A stretch of 64,000 bases of DNA. Source: Geosiphon pyriformis uo1 (Eukaryota > Fungi > Glomeromycota). The stretch covers positions 814,635 to 878,634 of the forward strand of contig JAAOMT010000617.1 in the NCBI GenBank assembly GCA_016748015.1. Reading direction: 5' to 3'. The notes beneath the pieces are model-generated. The model was not told the DNA's origin. It saw nothing but the letters and a program-made list of their open reading frames with translations, and did not search any database. The translations under genes were made by a program, and so were the position numbers. Within the stretch, counting starts at the first letter, position 1. The number at the start of each line of letters is the position of its first letter. Of the stretch, positions 51,073-63,800 are shown in pieces.

Positions 51073-54000
51073 TTAGATTTGTCTTATTTGTGATAAACCG
51101 TTTACATTTCCATTGTCTTTTCCCTTTTTATAATGTATGATATAAGTATATGGCGAGAATGCTTTTTTCCATCTGGATTGTTTGTCATCTCCAAATTCTT
51201 GTTTTTGGAGTGATGTCAGTTCTTTGTGATCTGTATACACCTCAAACTTCTGGTTTAAGTATTTTTTCCATTTCATAACTGCCCAATAAATTGCTAAATG
51301 TTCTAGTTCTGATGTTCCATAATTTCTTTCAGCTGGCATATGCAACTGGATGTTCTTTTCCATCTGGTTCTCTCTGTGATAGTACTGCTTTCAATGTTTG
51401 GCCTGATGCATCAGTGGTAATAATGAATAGTTTATTGTGATCTGAATAAATCAGTACTGGAGCTTGTATAAGCTTTCTTCTTAGAATATTAAAAGCTTTT
51501 TGTTGTGCTTCTGTCTATTTGTATTTCACATTTTTGGTTTGGAGATGATTGAGTGTTTGGGCTATCTTAGAAAAGTTTTTGATGAAGCATTAATAATAGC
51601 CTGCGAATCTCAAGAATGACTTTAATTCTGTTACATTGGTTGGTACTGGAAAGTTCTTAACTATCTCTATCTTTTCTGGATCCGTTTTGATGCTGTTTTT
51701 GCTTACTATGTGCCCTAAAAAGTTTAATTCTGTCTTGCCAAAGAAGCACTTATTGGCATTCAACTTTAGCTCTGCTCATTGTAGTCTTTCAAACATTTGT
51801 TGTAAATGATGCAAATGATCATCAAATGTTTTGGAGAACACATTGGTGTTATCTAAATAAACAACTACTAATTTCTACAATAAGCCAGTATATACTATTT
51901 CCATTAGCTGTTGAAATATGGCTGGAGTATTTATCAAGCCGAATGGCATGACTTCAAACTCAAAATTCTCTTTTTTCGTCGTAAAAGCTGTTTTTTCTTT
52001 GTCTGCTGGATCCATGACTACCTGCCAGCATTCACTGTTTAGATCCAGTATTAAAAACCATTTATTTCCTCTAAAAGCATCAAATAGTTCCTGGATTTGT
52101 GAAGTTGGATAGTTGTCTCCATGGGTGACTCCATTAAGTTTTCTGTAGTCCACACAAAATCTGATCTTTCTATTCTTCTTCTGGACAAGTACCACTGGTG
52201 ATGACTATAGGCTCATAGATGGCTGAATTAGCCTGTTGTCAAGCATTCAGTTAATTTCTTGATGGATAATCTCATGGCTGGCTGGTGGTACTCTGTATGC
52301 TTATTGTTTGATTGGCATAGCATCCCCAGTCTTGATCTGATGTTGGATGATGTCAGTTCTGCCAAATTTGTTTTCACTAGCAAAGATGTTATTGAAGTTG
52401 TTGAGTAACATCTTGAGTTGTATACATTGGAGCGAATTTAAATTTTCCATGTTCATTTGTTCCAATTGTTCTGGTTGGAGCAAATAACATTTATTTTGTC
52501 CATAGATTGTTTGTGATGTAATATTCATGTATTCGCATAATTGTGAAAAGTCTGGAATAATGCTTGGTGGTTGATTTTCTAATTCAGTGCTTATGTATCC
52601 AATGATAGTTCCCTCTGATATTGTAATAGCATCTCCTGTGATGTTGTAAATGGGAATTTTGATATAATTGTGGTTTTTGGCTGGTATGTAGAGATTGATG
52701 AGTCCAATCTCTTCTAATTTACAAAAGTTTGTTTCTGCTTCAAAAATCTGATCCTTATCTTTCATTTTTCTCTCTATAATTACCATGTACTGATTATATG
52801 GTGGAATGGAAATTACTTGACCAGTTGAGATAATTTCTCCTTGGTCAATCATTTTTTCTTCTGCCATATTGACTGGTACATCTATTTTATCTGTGGATCT
52901 AAATCCCTGTATTCCTCTAGCTGTTATCCCTAATTCTTCTCTTTTTCCCACTGATACTAACTGAGCTACTTTAACCAGAGGCAGGAATATTGTCTGTGCT
53001 ATTTTTTTATTAGGTTCTATGATATAGGTCTTTTCTGAGTCATTTTGTAGCATTGCCATGATATTTCTTATATATTTGGCATCAATTATTTCTCCTCTTA
53101 TAGTAATCCCTTTTTTTGCTAAACTACTTCTGAAAGCTAGTTGAACCATGGTTGTTGCTGGTATTTTCAATGCTATTTTCAGATCAATGCAAATGCATGA
53201 ATGTGGCTTTAATTTGATGACATCTTTCTCTAGATACCTCAGATTAAACCTAGCATTAATATTATGCACATGTTCTGGTATGATCTCTTCCTCATTATCA
53301 CTGAACCATTTCAAGGTCTGCTTCTTAGTGAGATCAAGGAGCATGATATATATTTCTGGGTTTGAATCAGAGTCCCAATTGCTGTTGTTTTTGTTGCCAT
53401 TTTGAACAGAGCTGGAACTGGTGTTTTTGTTGTCATCATTGTCAGAGTTTAAATTGGGATTGAATGGCAATTCTGATTCTGATGCACAGCTGCTGATTGG
53501 TTCTTCTTCTTCTGGAATTGTATAAATCATGTGTGATGGTGGATTGTAAATGAGGTCACAATTATCACAGAATTGGAAGTCATATGAAATTAAACAGTAG
53601 TCACATAATTAAATATTGATTTTCTCCAAACGTTGATCTTGCTCTTCTCTCATAAGTGCCAAATTCTGATAGTATTTATGGAATTCTTCTGGGCTGTTTT
53701 TTAAGTCGAGAAAAGCATCCAGATTGAGAACCAAAACAATGTCTGTTGGTTTTGGAGGGTTGTTTTTAATCTCCAGAATTTCACTGGGCAAAGCACCTTC
53801 TACTTTGGCATTGGCCATTCACCAAATCTCGTCCTTGTCATGTAGATAATCTTCTAAGCAAGAGATTGCTCAGTGTTAGACTGCTGTGATGAGTGTTCCA
53901 TGACTCACCCAGTTACTGATGAGGATTGTGTACTGGCACAAAGCATCACACATTCTCTCTTGATTAGGAATGTCATTCAACATCCCTTTGTCGAGCAGTT

Positions 54001-57000
54001 GTTTTCCACAAGTGAGACATGGTTTATTGTCCCACTTGTCTTGTCTCTTGGGGTACCCATAGTGTTCGCAGTGGCATGGTTTGCAATAGTAATGGGTGCA
54101 CATCCAGTAGTCTTTATCTGATGCAACTCAAGCTCCCATTGAGAACAACTTCTTGTTGCAGTCTTTACACTTAAGAGGAATACACAATGGTTCTGGTCTG
54201 GTGTTGGTTGAGTAGGATTTTCTCTAGCCACTGGTGTTGGCTTTGGTGGTTTCATTGGTTTCAAGTCAGTTTTCTTCATTTCCTTTCTCTTTTTCTTGAT
54301 TGCTTTCCTCCCACTCTCAAATTAATAGGTCTTCTTGATTGTTGTTGACTTCCCAGGCTTGGTTAGTGTTCCAGGTAAGTTTTTTCTTTCCTTTTCCCTT
54401 TTCTTGGTATTGTTGTTCCAGGCAAGTATTGGCAGCAGTTTGTTGTGATCAACATTGGCCCACGACACTTGATATGCTTCTCAGGTGGGTTTTAGCTTCT
54501 CTTCTTCCAAGTCAATTAGTGGGGCTGGCATGTGACTGGGTTTGAAATGGTCACATGTTGCTGGTACTTGTGTGTGTCAGCTGTTTTGGCTAAGTTGCAA
54601 CTTCTGAGTGGTCCAATCAAGGATAGCATTTGTTTTGGTAAGCCAGTTATTACCAACTAGCACTTGGTACTAAGTGGCTTTCATAACTAATACTTTAATT
54701 GAGATAATTATGCCATTGACTTCTATAGGGAAGTTGTCAATTTTGCCAATAAGAGTTTTGGTTGCTTTATCAGCAGTAATAATTCTTGCACTGGCAGCTC
54801 AATCAACTCGGCAACCTAATTGATCCATGAGTTGTCTTGTAATGATACTGCCAGCTGATCTATTATCTAGGATCAATTTGATGAGGTGGCCATCAACTTT
54901 TGTATCAGTGTACATTGCCATGATGGGTTTTTCCTCTAAGGCGGCTCCACTGAATAGTGGTACTATTTTGGTTTCTTCAAGTTTAAAAGAAAATATGGTG
55001 GCCAATGTTTTGTCATTGGTGACAGTGGCTGAAGGTATGTTGCTAGTAAGTGCTGGTTGTTAATTGGATTCTGAATTGTGGAAGATGGTGTTTTTTAGAG
55101 TAACCAAGAGACTTAAATAGTGTTAGGAATTCAGATTTTGGGTGGAACTGGTATGTGAATTCTATTGACAAGAACCAGATTGTTGTGTTGATGAACTGGA
55201 AATCAGTTGGTGAATTATTATTGCCAATCTCCAGTTTTGTTGTGTTATTTTTAGCCTTTCGGTTCTGTTTTGAGATAAGTTTTGTGGTGGTGTTTGAATT
55301 TGGAGTGTTTGATAGGTTAACTAGGGCTGCGGCTGATAAATTATTGATGGCTGTAGTTGATAGATGGTCTGTGGTTGATATACTGGAGTTTAATATACCA
55401 GTGGTTGATAGATTGGCTGTTGTATTATGGGCTAATAAGTAGATTGATCTTAATTTTGATAGCTATTTGGAGTTTGGAACCAGTGATTGGAGTTTCAATA
55501 TTGATTTCTTAATCATGAATTGCTATAAGTATGGCAATTGACTTAAATATGGCTTTGTTTACCACAGTTATGACAGACACGTGTCTCTTGCTGCCACAGC
55601 TGATTGGAGGACATTGGAAAATGCGACTGATTTTGGAAATGATTGACATTTCTTGGATTACTGTGTCGTTGTGAAGGTTGATAGATTAGGTGATTGTTAG
55701 CTAAGTATCCTTTTAATTTCTGATTAATTGAATCGCTGAATTGTTTCAATTTGGAATCCAGTTCAGATGATCCATTTATTACTAGGTTTACGGCTTGAAT
55801 ATGATTGGTCTCTAACTCTGCTGACTTGAAATCCTTGGCATGTGTAACTGTGTCTTAAAGAGTGTTGGGATGCAATATGCATACATGCTGCAAGATGCTA
55901 CTGCACAGGCCACAGATAAACTGGTTGAGAATTTGTGGTGCTGTAAAATAGTTAGCGTCAATTGCTTGAATTTATCGCAGATTTCTATGAAATCATCCCA
56001 GGTAAGTGGTGACTACTTCAGTTTTTCTTTGTTTAATAGTAGTAAAAGTGTTGGCCAAGTGATTAATACTATTATTATTACTGAAATATCTTAAAAACTC
56101 CAGTTTGAATTCTTGGAAGATTTGTGGTCTGGCTGCTAAACTTTGATACCAGGAATCAGCAGTATCCTGAAGAAAGTATGGAATTGCTTGAAGGGCTCTT
56201 TGGTCATCCCAATTATTCACCATGATTGCTTTGGTGACATTATTGATCCATGCCTGGACGTCATCCTCTTTACCAGTGAACTTTTCAAGTCTCGCGATTG
56301 GTGCAAACACCATGAATTGTTGTTGTTGCTGTAGAGATAGTACTGATAACTGTTGCATTGGCTGTTGTGAGTGTTAAATTGGTTGTTGAAATGGCTGTGG
56401 TTGAATCAGTTCAATTGGGGGCTGATTGATGATGATTTCTGGAGGTAAGTTTTGCTGATTGATTGTTTTGGAGTTTCGATTATCCTGAATTGGCGGTGTC
56501 TGAATATTCGGAGTTTTAATTTCTGGGTTTTCTGGATTTAGATTTTGCTGGGTTTGAGGATTTGGAGTTTCAAATTCCAGATTTTCAGTGATTGGGTTCT
56601 GATAAGTAAATTCTTGATCCTTGGATTCTTCTTCCTCTTCCTCTTCTTGTTTTCTTTCTGATTCAGTGATTTCCCACAGACTCGCTGTTCTGAAATCTGA
56701 TTGAAGTGGTGGGAATCGAAATCCTGATAGCATTGGCAATTTAGATTTAAATTCTTCAAAATATTTGCCATATGGTCCTAATAAATCCTCTTTCCTTTGT
56801 TTATTTTGAAATAAAAATTTTCCAAATGCTGATGTCGCAGTTGCTGTAAATGTGTCTGTTGATGTTATATTAATGGTGCTTCCAGGTGTATAATGGTATG
56901 ATGGGTTGGTTGGTGATTCAACTCTTGTTTTCTTTCAAGTAGGTGGTTGTATCCTTTGGGGTGTTACTGCTGGTGTTTGTAGTTTTTCTTTACCTTTACT

Positions 57001-57312
57001 TGCATAAGTAATTGGGTATTTTTGCTGTGTGTGATATTCGATTTCTTTGTTAATCTCAGTGATGATAGATGCGAAATTATGATTTGTTGGTAGGCTGGTA
57101 TTTTGAATTAATTTGTTGTAAAAAGTTTTTCTTGCTGATTCAATATTTATTGATGTACCCAACAAATATGCAATTCTCTTATTGACATAAAAATTGAAGA
57201 CTGATTCTGCTGATATGTAATTATAGTTCAATTCTAAGTATTAGCAATAATGTTGAAATAAAGATTTCATGAATCTTAGATGGTTTGTTTCTATACTTTC
57301 TGATTCTGCCAC
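51073..57312 (-). pseudogene. gypsy C gag-PR-Cys-rich-dUTPase-RT-RNase H polyprotein
   Basis: Gag capsid (LEKFTGKEDD...W...W), CHNCGKQSH knuckle, YQP-rich linker, protease LILDNRS, dUTPase, RT, RNase H; gag and protease fragments share one frame. Confidence 0.93.
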
Positions 57313-57354
57313 TTTTGGATAAAGTTGTTGGTACTGGTTCTTTGTAGGATTATA

Positions 57355-57371
57355 CCTCACAGGAAGCACCA
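57355..57371 (-). promoter_or_regulatory. Primer-binding site of gypsy C
   Basis: TGGTGCTTCCTGTGAGG 2 nt after the 5' LTR, complementary to a tRNA ending CCUCACAGGAAGCACCA. Confidence 0.85.
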
Positions 57372-57373
57372 AA

Positions 57374-58267
57374 TATTACAGGTGATTATTTGGAATCTCA
57401 AATCAAATAACAAACCCATAACCTAGTGCTCAAAGGGCTGTTCATGTTGAATAGTAATCTAAAGGTTTTGTAGTCTGAAGGTTTTGTTAGAGTTCTTTGT
57501 ATAATGGACAGAAATTCAATGATTGTTTTATCCATAGCTTCCCAGAATTGCAATTCAGTTAATTCTTCTCTTGGCGTGATGGCCGGCAATCCACTGGTAA
57601 GTATTCTGTATTTACCATACATGTCCTACCCACTCGCAGGAGTTTTTTACCAGACAATTTTTGATGTTAGTAATTCAGCATTTTTAATCTTTAATCAGTT
57701 AATGCACAACAACAAAATCAAAAGAAAAAATAAAGCAAAATAAGAACATAAAGAAAATATGAAAATAAAAAAATAAGCCAAGGTAATATGCAGATTAGTA
57801 TTCGTCAATAGCCATAATCAAGAGCTATTGTTCCAGTATGATTAAGTATTGATTACTATTAATATGGAGTGTTGATAGTAAAAAGTAGATTTGGATGGTA
57901 AATAATTTATTTATTCAATATTTTGTGAATAGGAGATTTTTAACTAAAGGATTCTGCTTTTTTCTACTTCTAATGCTACTGCTATATATACATAATTAAT
58001 GTTCTATGAGATCGCTTATATTTCCAAGCAATGTGCTATGATTTTTTGAGCAATGCTCACATTGCTGAGTGATGTGCTCTAATTTTCTAACATTGCTCCA
58101 TATTGCTAAGCAATGTGCTGTGTTTTCTGACATTGCTTCATATTGCTGAGCAATGTGTCATAATTTCTGACATTGCTCCACATTGTTGAGCAATGTGCTC
58201 ATGTGCTAAATACTATTCTTTTATTGGTCTGCTATTTTCCATATCTATTTTCTTTTTATGAGTAATA
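57374..58267 (-). repeat. 5' LTR of gypsy C
   Basis: Matches 48040-48932; followed by the PBS. Confidence 0.95.
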
Positions 58268-58785
58268 TTGCATTTGATGTGGACACATTTGGTGACATAA
58301 TATAAATGGCACTTCCCAGAGTATAATGATATAATGGATTTGTGGATGATTCAACTCTGTGTTTCTTCCAAGTGGGTAGTTGGATTCATTGAGGTGTTAC
58401 TGCTGGTTTTTGTAGTTTTCCTTTGCCTTTACTTGAGTAGGTGATTGGGTATCTTTGTTGTATATGATGTTCAATTTCTTTGTTAATCTCAGTAATAATG
58501 GATGCAAAATTATGATTTGTTGGTAAGCTGGTGTTTTGTATTAATTTATGGTAGAAAGTTTCTCTTACTGATTCAGTGTTTACTGGTGTCCCTAACAAAT
58601 AGGCAATTCTCTTGTTGATGTAGAAATTGAAGGCTGATTCCACTGATATATGATTGTGATTTAATTTTAAGTGTTGACAGTAGTGTTAAAATAAGGATTT
58701 CGCAAATCCTAAATGGTTTGCTCCTATACTTTCTAATTCTGCCACTGTTGATTAGTTGTTGGTGCTGGTTCTCTGTAGGATTATA

Positions 58786-58802
58786 CTTTACAGAAAGCAC
58801 CA
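58786..58802 (-). promoter_or_regulatory. Primer-binding site of gypsy B
   Basis: TGGTGCTTTCTGTAAAG adjacent to the 5' LTR. Confidence 0.8.
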
Positions 58803-58804
58803 AA

Positions 58805-59662
58805 TATTACAGATGATTATTTGGGATCTCAAATCAAATAACAAATCCATAACTTGGTGCTCAATATCTTGACAAGGCTGATAACACTGGTATTTTGGTT
58901 GTATCTGAAGGTTTTAAAGTTGAGTCTTTTGTATAATGGACAGAGATTTAATTGATGGTTTTATTTGTAGCTTCCCAAAACTGCAGTTTCATCAAATTTC
59001 TTTCTCAGCGTAGTGGCCAGTAATTCTCCTGGTAAGCTATCCTCAAATCTATGAGTGTTCTATCCTTGTTTCACAGGTCTTTTACCAGTTCTTATGACGT
59101 CTGTATCTTAGTGCTTAATCCTTAATCAATTTTAGTAAAACCAAAGAAATAACAAAAAAAATAAAAGAAAATAAAAGAAAATAAAGAAAATAACAAAAGC
59201 AATTACAAGTTAGTATTCCATCAATAACCGTAATCAAGAGCTATTGTTTCAGTGTAGTTAAGTATCAATTACTATCAACATTTCATGTTGATAGTAAAGA
59301 GTGAATTGAGATAGTGAATGGTTATTTATTGATATTTTGTGAATTAAAAAGTTGCTTAGATAAAATCTAAACTGAGAAGTCTTCTAACTAAGAATTCTGC
59401 CTTTCCTACTTTTAACACTACTGCTATATATACATAATTGAGATTCCTCAATTCTTCAATTTTTTATTTCAGAAATCTTGCAATTCTTTTTGAGAGGAAT
59501 CTTGGAATTCTGGAATTCTGCAATTCTTCACATAGAAAATCCTGAAATTCCTGGAATTCTGCAATTTCTCTTGAGAGGAATTCTGGAATTCCACATTTAC
59601 TATGGCTACCTTTGATTGGTTATTTCATATGCTAATATATTTTTTATATTCTATGAGTAACA
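58805..59662 (-). repeat. 5' LTR of gypsy B
   Basis: Matches 39343-40200. Confidence 0.95.
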
Positions 59663-59666
59663 TTGG

Positions 59667-60400
59667 TGTTTACTAGGATTTTCACCTCTTCAGTCTTTTT
59701 GGAAGCCTGTGCCAAGCTTGATTCAGAAGTAAATGATGCTTTGATGATCCCAGCAAATTTTGAGAGAGTAGAGACCCCCCCAAAACCATTGATTTTTGAA
59801 AATAGCCTTTTGACCACTTGTAACTTTTCTTGAAAAAATTTCCCAACCACCTTGTCCAATCCAATATCCAAAGTGAAGAATTTGTGAACAGAAATGTTAA
59901 CCAGATTTTTGAAAGGTGGAGGGAGTTCCAATAGGGCATCTGAGAAAACATCATCATCAACATTACTAGATAAAAAGTTTATCTTACCCAATGGCTTGTC
60001 TAATGCTCTTTTGGTATTGACTTTTGAATTAGTAGGTGTTTGATTAGGATCTTCTTTAGCAAGAACACCATCTTCACCATAATCAAAACTGGTTTCTTTC
60101 ATCAGACATTCCTTCTTCATATCAATACTATCAGATTCAGTGGTGTCACCAGTCTCTAAACTCCACAAGTAGCTAATCTGAACCTTAAGACCAACACTTT
60201 TACCACCAGAACCATCTTCCAGAATACCATCTCTCCTCTTTTTCCTTAGAAAAACAGGCTTAAAGCCATTATCAAGACCAGAAACTTTAACAGCCTTCTT
60301 TATAACAACAATACTACAGCCAACAGTGACTTCGTAGTCAAGAATAAAAGGTTTAGATTTATTGTACTGAATTGTAAAAAAACTTCTTTCAAAAAACTTT
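59667..60400 (-). pseudogene. LINE ORF1, N-terminal part
   Basis: ORF 59644-60168 joins in frame with 39342 once gypsy B and one TSD are removed. Confidence 0.8.
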
Positions 60401-60879
60401 GACTCTTTTTTTGGAAATTTGGAACATAGGAAAGAAAGAAGTTTTTTTATTATTTTTAATTTAAATTTTATTTTAAATACTAAATTTTTAATTATTAAAA
60501 TTACTTAATAAATAAAAAGATTGTTGTTTTTTTGCTTTTAATATTACTATTATATATATATAAATTTTTATATTTTTTTTAAGTTATTAATAAAAATTTT
60601 GGTGTTTTTGTTAATATTCTTAAAATTTTTGGTATTTTTAAAATTATTATTATTATATTATAATTTTTAATATATAATTAATTATTTTATGTTATATTTA
60701 TTTACTAATTGTTTTTTATTATTTTATAAATAATAATATATATTTTTTAATATTAAGTTTTAATAAAATTTATAGATTTTTTTTAAATAAATTCAATTAT
60801 TTTTTTTTATTATAATATTAAAAAATTTATTTTTAGTTTTTTAAATTGTAAGTTGATTATTTTTTCTAATTGGTTTATT

Positions 60880-63800
60880 GTTAATAATAATATTCTTAAA
60901 ACATAAAACATAACTAGTATATAAAATTATCTATAAATAAATAAAAAAATAAAAAATAATTAAATATAATATAATTAACTAATTATATAATAAAAATTAC
61001 CAAAATATATAATATTAAAATAGAAATATTAAAAGTTTTAAAAATGCTAAGAATTTCAACAATAATTTAAGAAAAATTATAAAGATTCCAGAAATTTTAT
61101 ATTATAAAAATTTAAATATATATAATAAAAATATTAAAACAGAAAAAACAAGTTCAATTTTATTTATATCAAATAACTTTTATAGTTAACAACTTAATAC
61201 TTAAAATAAAATACTTATTTACAATAAATTTCTTATTTAAATTATTTAATTTTTAATATTTATAAATCTATATTTATCTTATTAAAAAGTTAATTATTTT
61301 TTTATTAATGCTAATAATATTAATTTAATACTATTAACAATACAAAAACAATAGCCTTTAATTATAACTATTAATAGAATATTAATTTTCTATTTTTTTA
61401 ATTTTATTTTTTTAAGTTTTATTTTATATTTACTAATTAATTAAGAAAAAAGTGTTAAAATTATGACATTAAGAATTATTTAATAAAAAATATAAAGAAA
61501 AACATAAAAAATAATCAAAAAATTAAAATTGTTTATTAAAAAAACAAAAAACACCAATATAAATTAATTATTATTTTAAAAAAATTAAATATTAAGTATT
61601 ATTTATTATTATTATTAAATTTTTGTCTATTATACAAAAAACTTAAATATTTTAATCTTTAGATTATAATTAAAAATAAGAGTATTAACTTATAAAATAA
61701 TAATTATTAATCAATTAACTATAATATTTAGTGTTTTTTATAAAATATAATTTACAAAAAACAAATACTATTAAATTTAATTAGCAAAAGTAATAGAATT
61801 AAAATTTATAAAAACAAAATATTTAAATCTAAACTTAATTACTAACTATTTTTTAATAGAAATAATATTTAATTTTTATATTAACAAAAGAATTAAATAC
61901 AATTTAAGAGAAATAGTTAATTCAAAATTTGCAAAAATAAAGTTTTACAAAGAATTTAAACAAAATATTAATTACTATCAATCTTACAATTTTGCAAGTA
62001 TTTTAATAAAAATTTACTTCAAAATATATAATTATATACAAAAAAAATTTTTATTTATTACAAAAAACAACAGATTTAATTTATTAATTCAAATATCTAT
62101 AATATTTAAAAAAATAATTATATTTTTATAAAAAAAAATCAGAATTGTTTGCTTTTAAAATTATTATATTATTATATTTTCAAAAATACTATTCAAATTC
62201 TATTAAAAACTGTATTAATATTTACACTCTAATTAAACTTATTTTTTAAAGTTGTCTTAAAAGTATTTATTTATTAAGTAAATTTAAAAAATATTTTAAA
62301 AGATTTAGATTACAATTATCTATGTCTATATTATTTTAATTACTATTTTTTAAACTTAATTTTAGTTTTACCAATAATTAGAAAAATATCAAGTCAAAAA
62401 AAATTAAAAAAATTAAAAAAAAACTGATTTTAAAATTTACTATATTTTAACTTTAATAATAATTTAAAATTCAATAGTTTTAAATCCAAGTGTATTAGTA
62501 AATTTATTATTAATATTAATTATTAAAGCTCTATAATTATTATTAATATTAATATATGTACTTTTTTTATTACTAATATTAATAATATATATACTTATTA
62601 TAAACTAAAAAAATCTATTAATACAAAAAATAATATTTAAGTCTAACTTAATAATATAAAAAACCATAATTACTAATAATTAAGATAATATTAAAGCTTT
62701 ATAAACAATTTCATATTTTTTGTAAAACATAATAGACTTATGATATTAAAGTTTTATTATAAAACTTAACATATTTAATGTTTTTAAAATGGTATTTTTA
62801 CAATATTCTAGCAATTATAATAGTATTATTTAGTTATAAAGTTATTTTAACATAATTAAATTAAGAAATAATAAAACAGTTACTTATTTAAGATGTTTTT
62901 ATTATTATTTATATTAAATTTAAATAATTAATACCAATTATTATACTGTTTTTCAAATTCCAAATTAATTTATTAAAAAATTACACAGTAGTATTTTTTA
63001 AAAAGTCTGTTTATTATGTTTAAACAATTTTCAAACAGCTGTTAAATTTGTTAAAAATTTTAAATTAATTTAATTAAAAACCAATTATGTTTAAACCATT
63101 AACTTAATAATAAATAAATTATCTAAATTGAATATCAAATTAAAATAATTTAGTAATAATATTAACCAAAAATTAAAGAAATATTTAATTAATAATTAGA
63201 TAACTATTAACTTTTATAATATTATAAAAACAATTAAAACAACAATTATTTTTAAAATTAAACATAATTATTATTATCTATTTAAATATAATAATAAAAA
63301 ACCCAAATTTGTAATTATTATTAAACAAAATTATATTAAAATTAATTATTATTTATAACTAAGTAATCAATAATTAAAAAACCTATATTAAAACTTTAAT
63401 TACAAATTTTAAACTTTAAACTACAGATTTAAAGCTTTATAAAAACAATATTAGTCATTATAATATTATGTATTAGCTTTATAACTACTTTAATAACAAT
63501 TTATTTATGTGTTTTATTTTTAATTACAATTATAAATTACTAATCAATTATATTTATAATTTTTAATTTAAATACAAATTAAAAACCAAAACTTATTCAA
63601 CAAAATTAGTAATTAACAATAATTACTTATTAATTAATTTTTAATAACAATGGCCAATAACATAAAATATATAATTATTATTCTTAAATTTTCAAAACTA
63701 TTTAAATTTTTTTGCTATAACAGAAATTCAATAAAATAATATTAGTTTAGAATTTTATTATCTTAATAATAATAATATTATATTTGTAATTATTATCAAA

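Larger units (their letters stand above)
48040..58267 (-). mobile_element. Ty3/gypsy copy C, complete, TSD TTGC, nested in gypsy B
   Basis: Matching LTRs 48040-48932 and 57374-58267; TTGC at 48036-48039 and 58268-58271; PBS 57355-57371; PPT 48933-48946. Confidence 0.96.
39343..59662 (-). mobile_element. Ty3/gypsy copy B, complete, TSD TTGG, with copy C nested in its gag
   Basis: Matching 858-bp LTRs 39343-40200 and 58805-59662; TTGG at 39339-39342 and 59663-59666; PBS and PPT present. Confidence 0.96.
33373..60430 (-). mobile_element. Near full-length LINE (ORF1 + ORF2 APE-RT-RNase H-ZnF) split by gypsy B at 39343-59662
   Basis: Poly-T 33373-33380; ORF1 reading frame continues across the insertion (KILVNTN|LKKSISHSDRAVVVKEIP); 5' end approximate. 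Confidence 0.9.

Noticed and set aside
57398-57622. ORF inside the LTRs of copy C (also 48082-48288)
   Set aside because: Shared only because the two LTRs are duplicates; frame not kept in the A or B LTRs
39343-58267. Tandem LTR-internal-LTR-internal-LTR array
   Set aside because: LTR pairing and TSDs show nesting of C inside B, not a shared-LTR tandem
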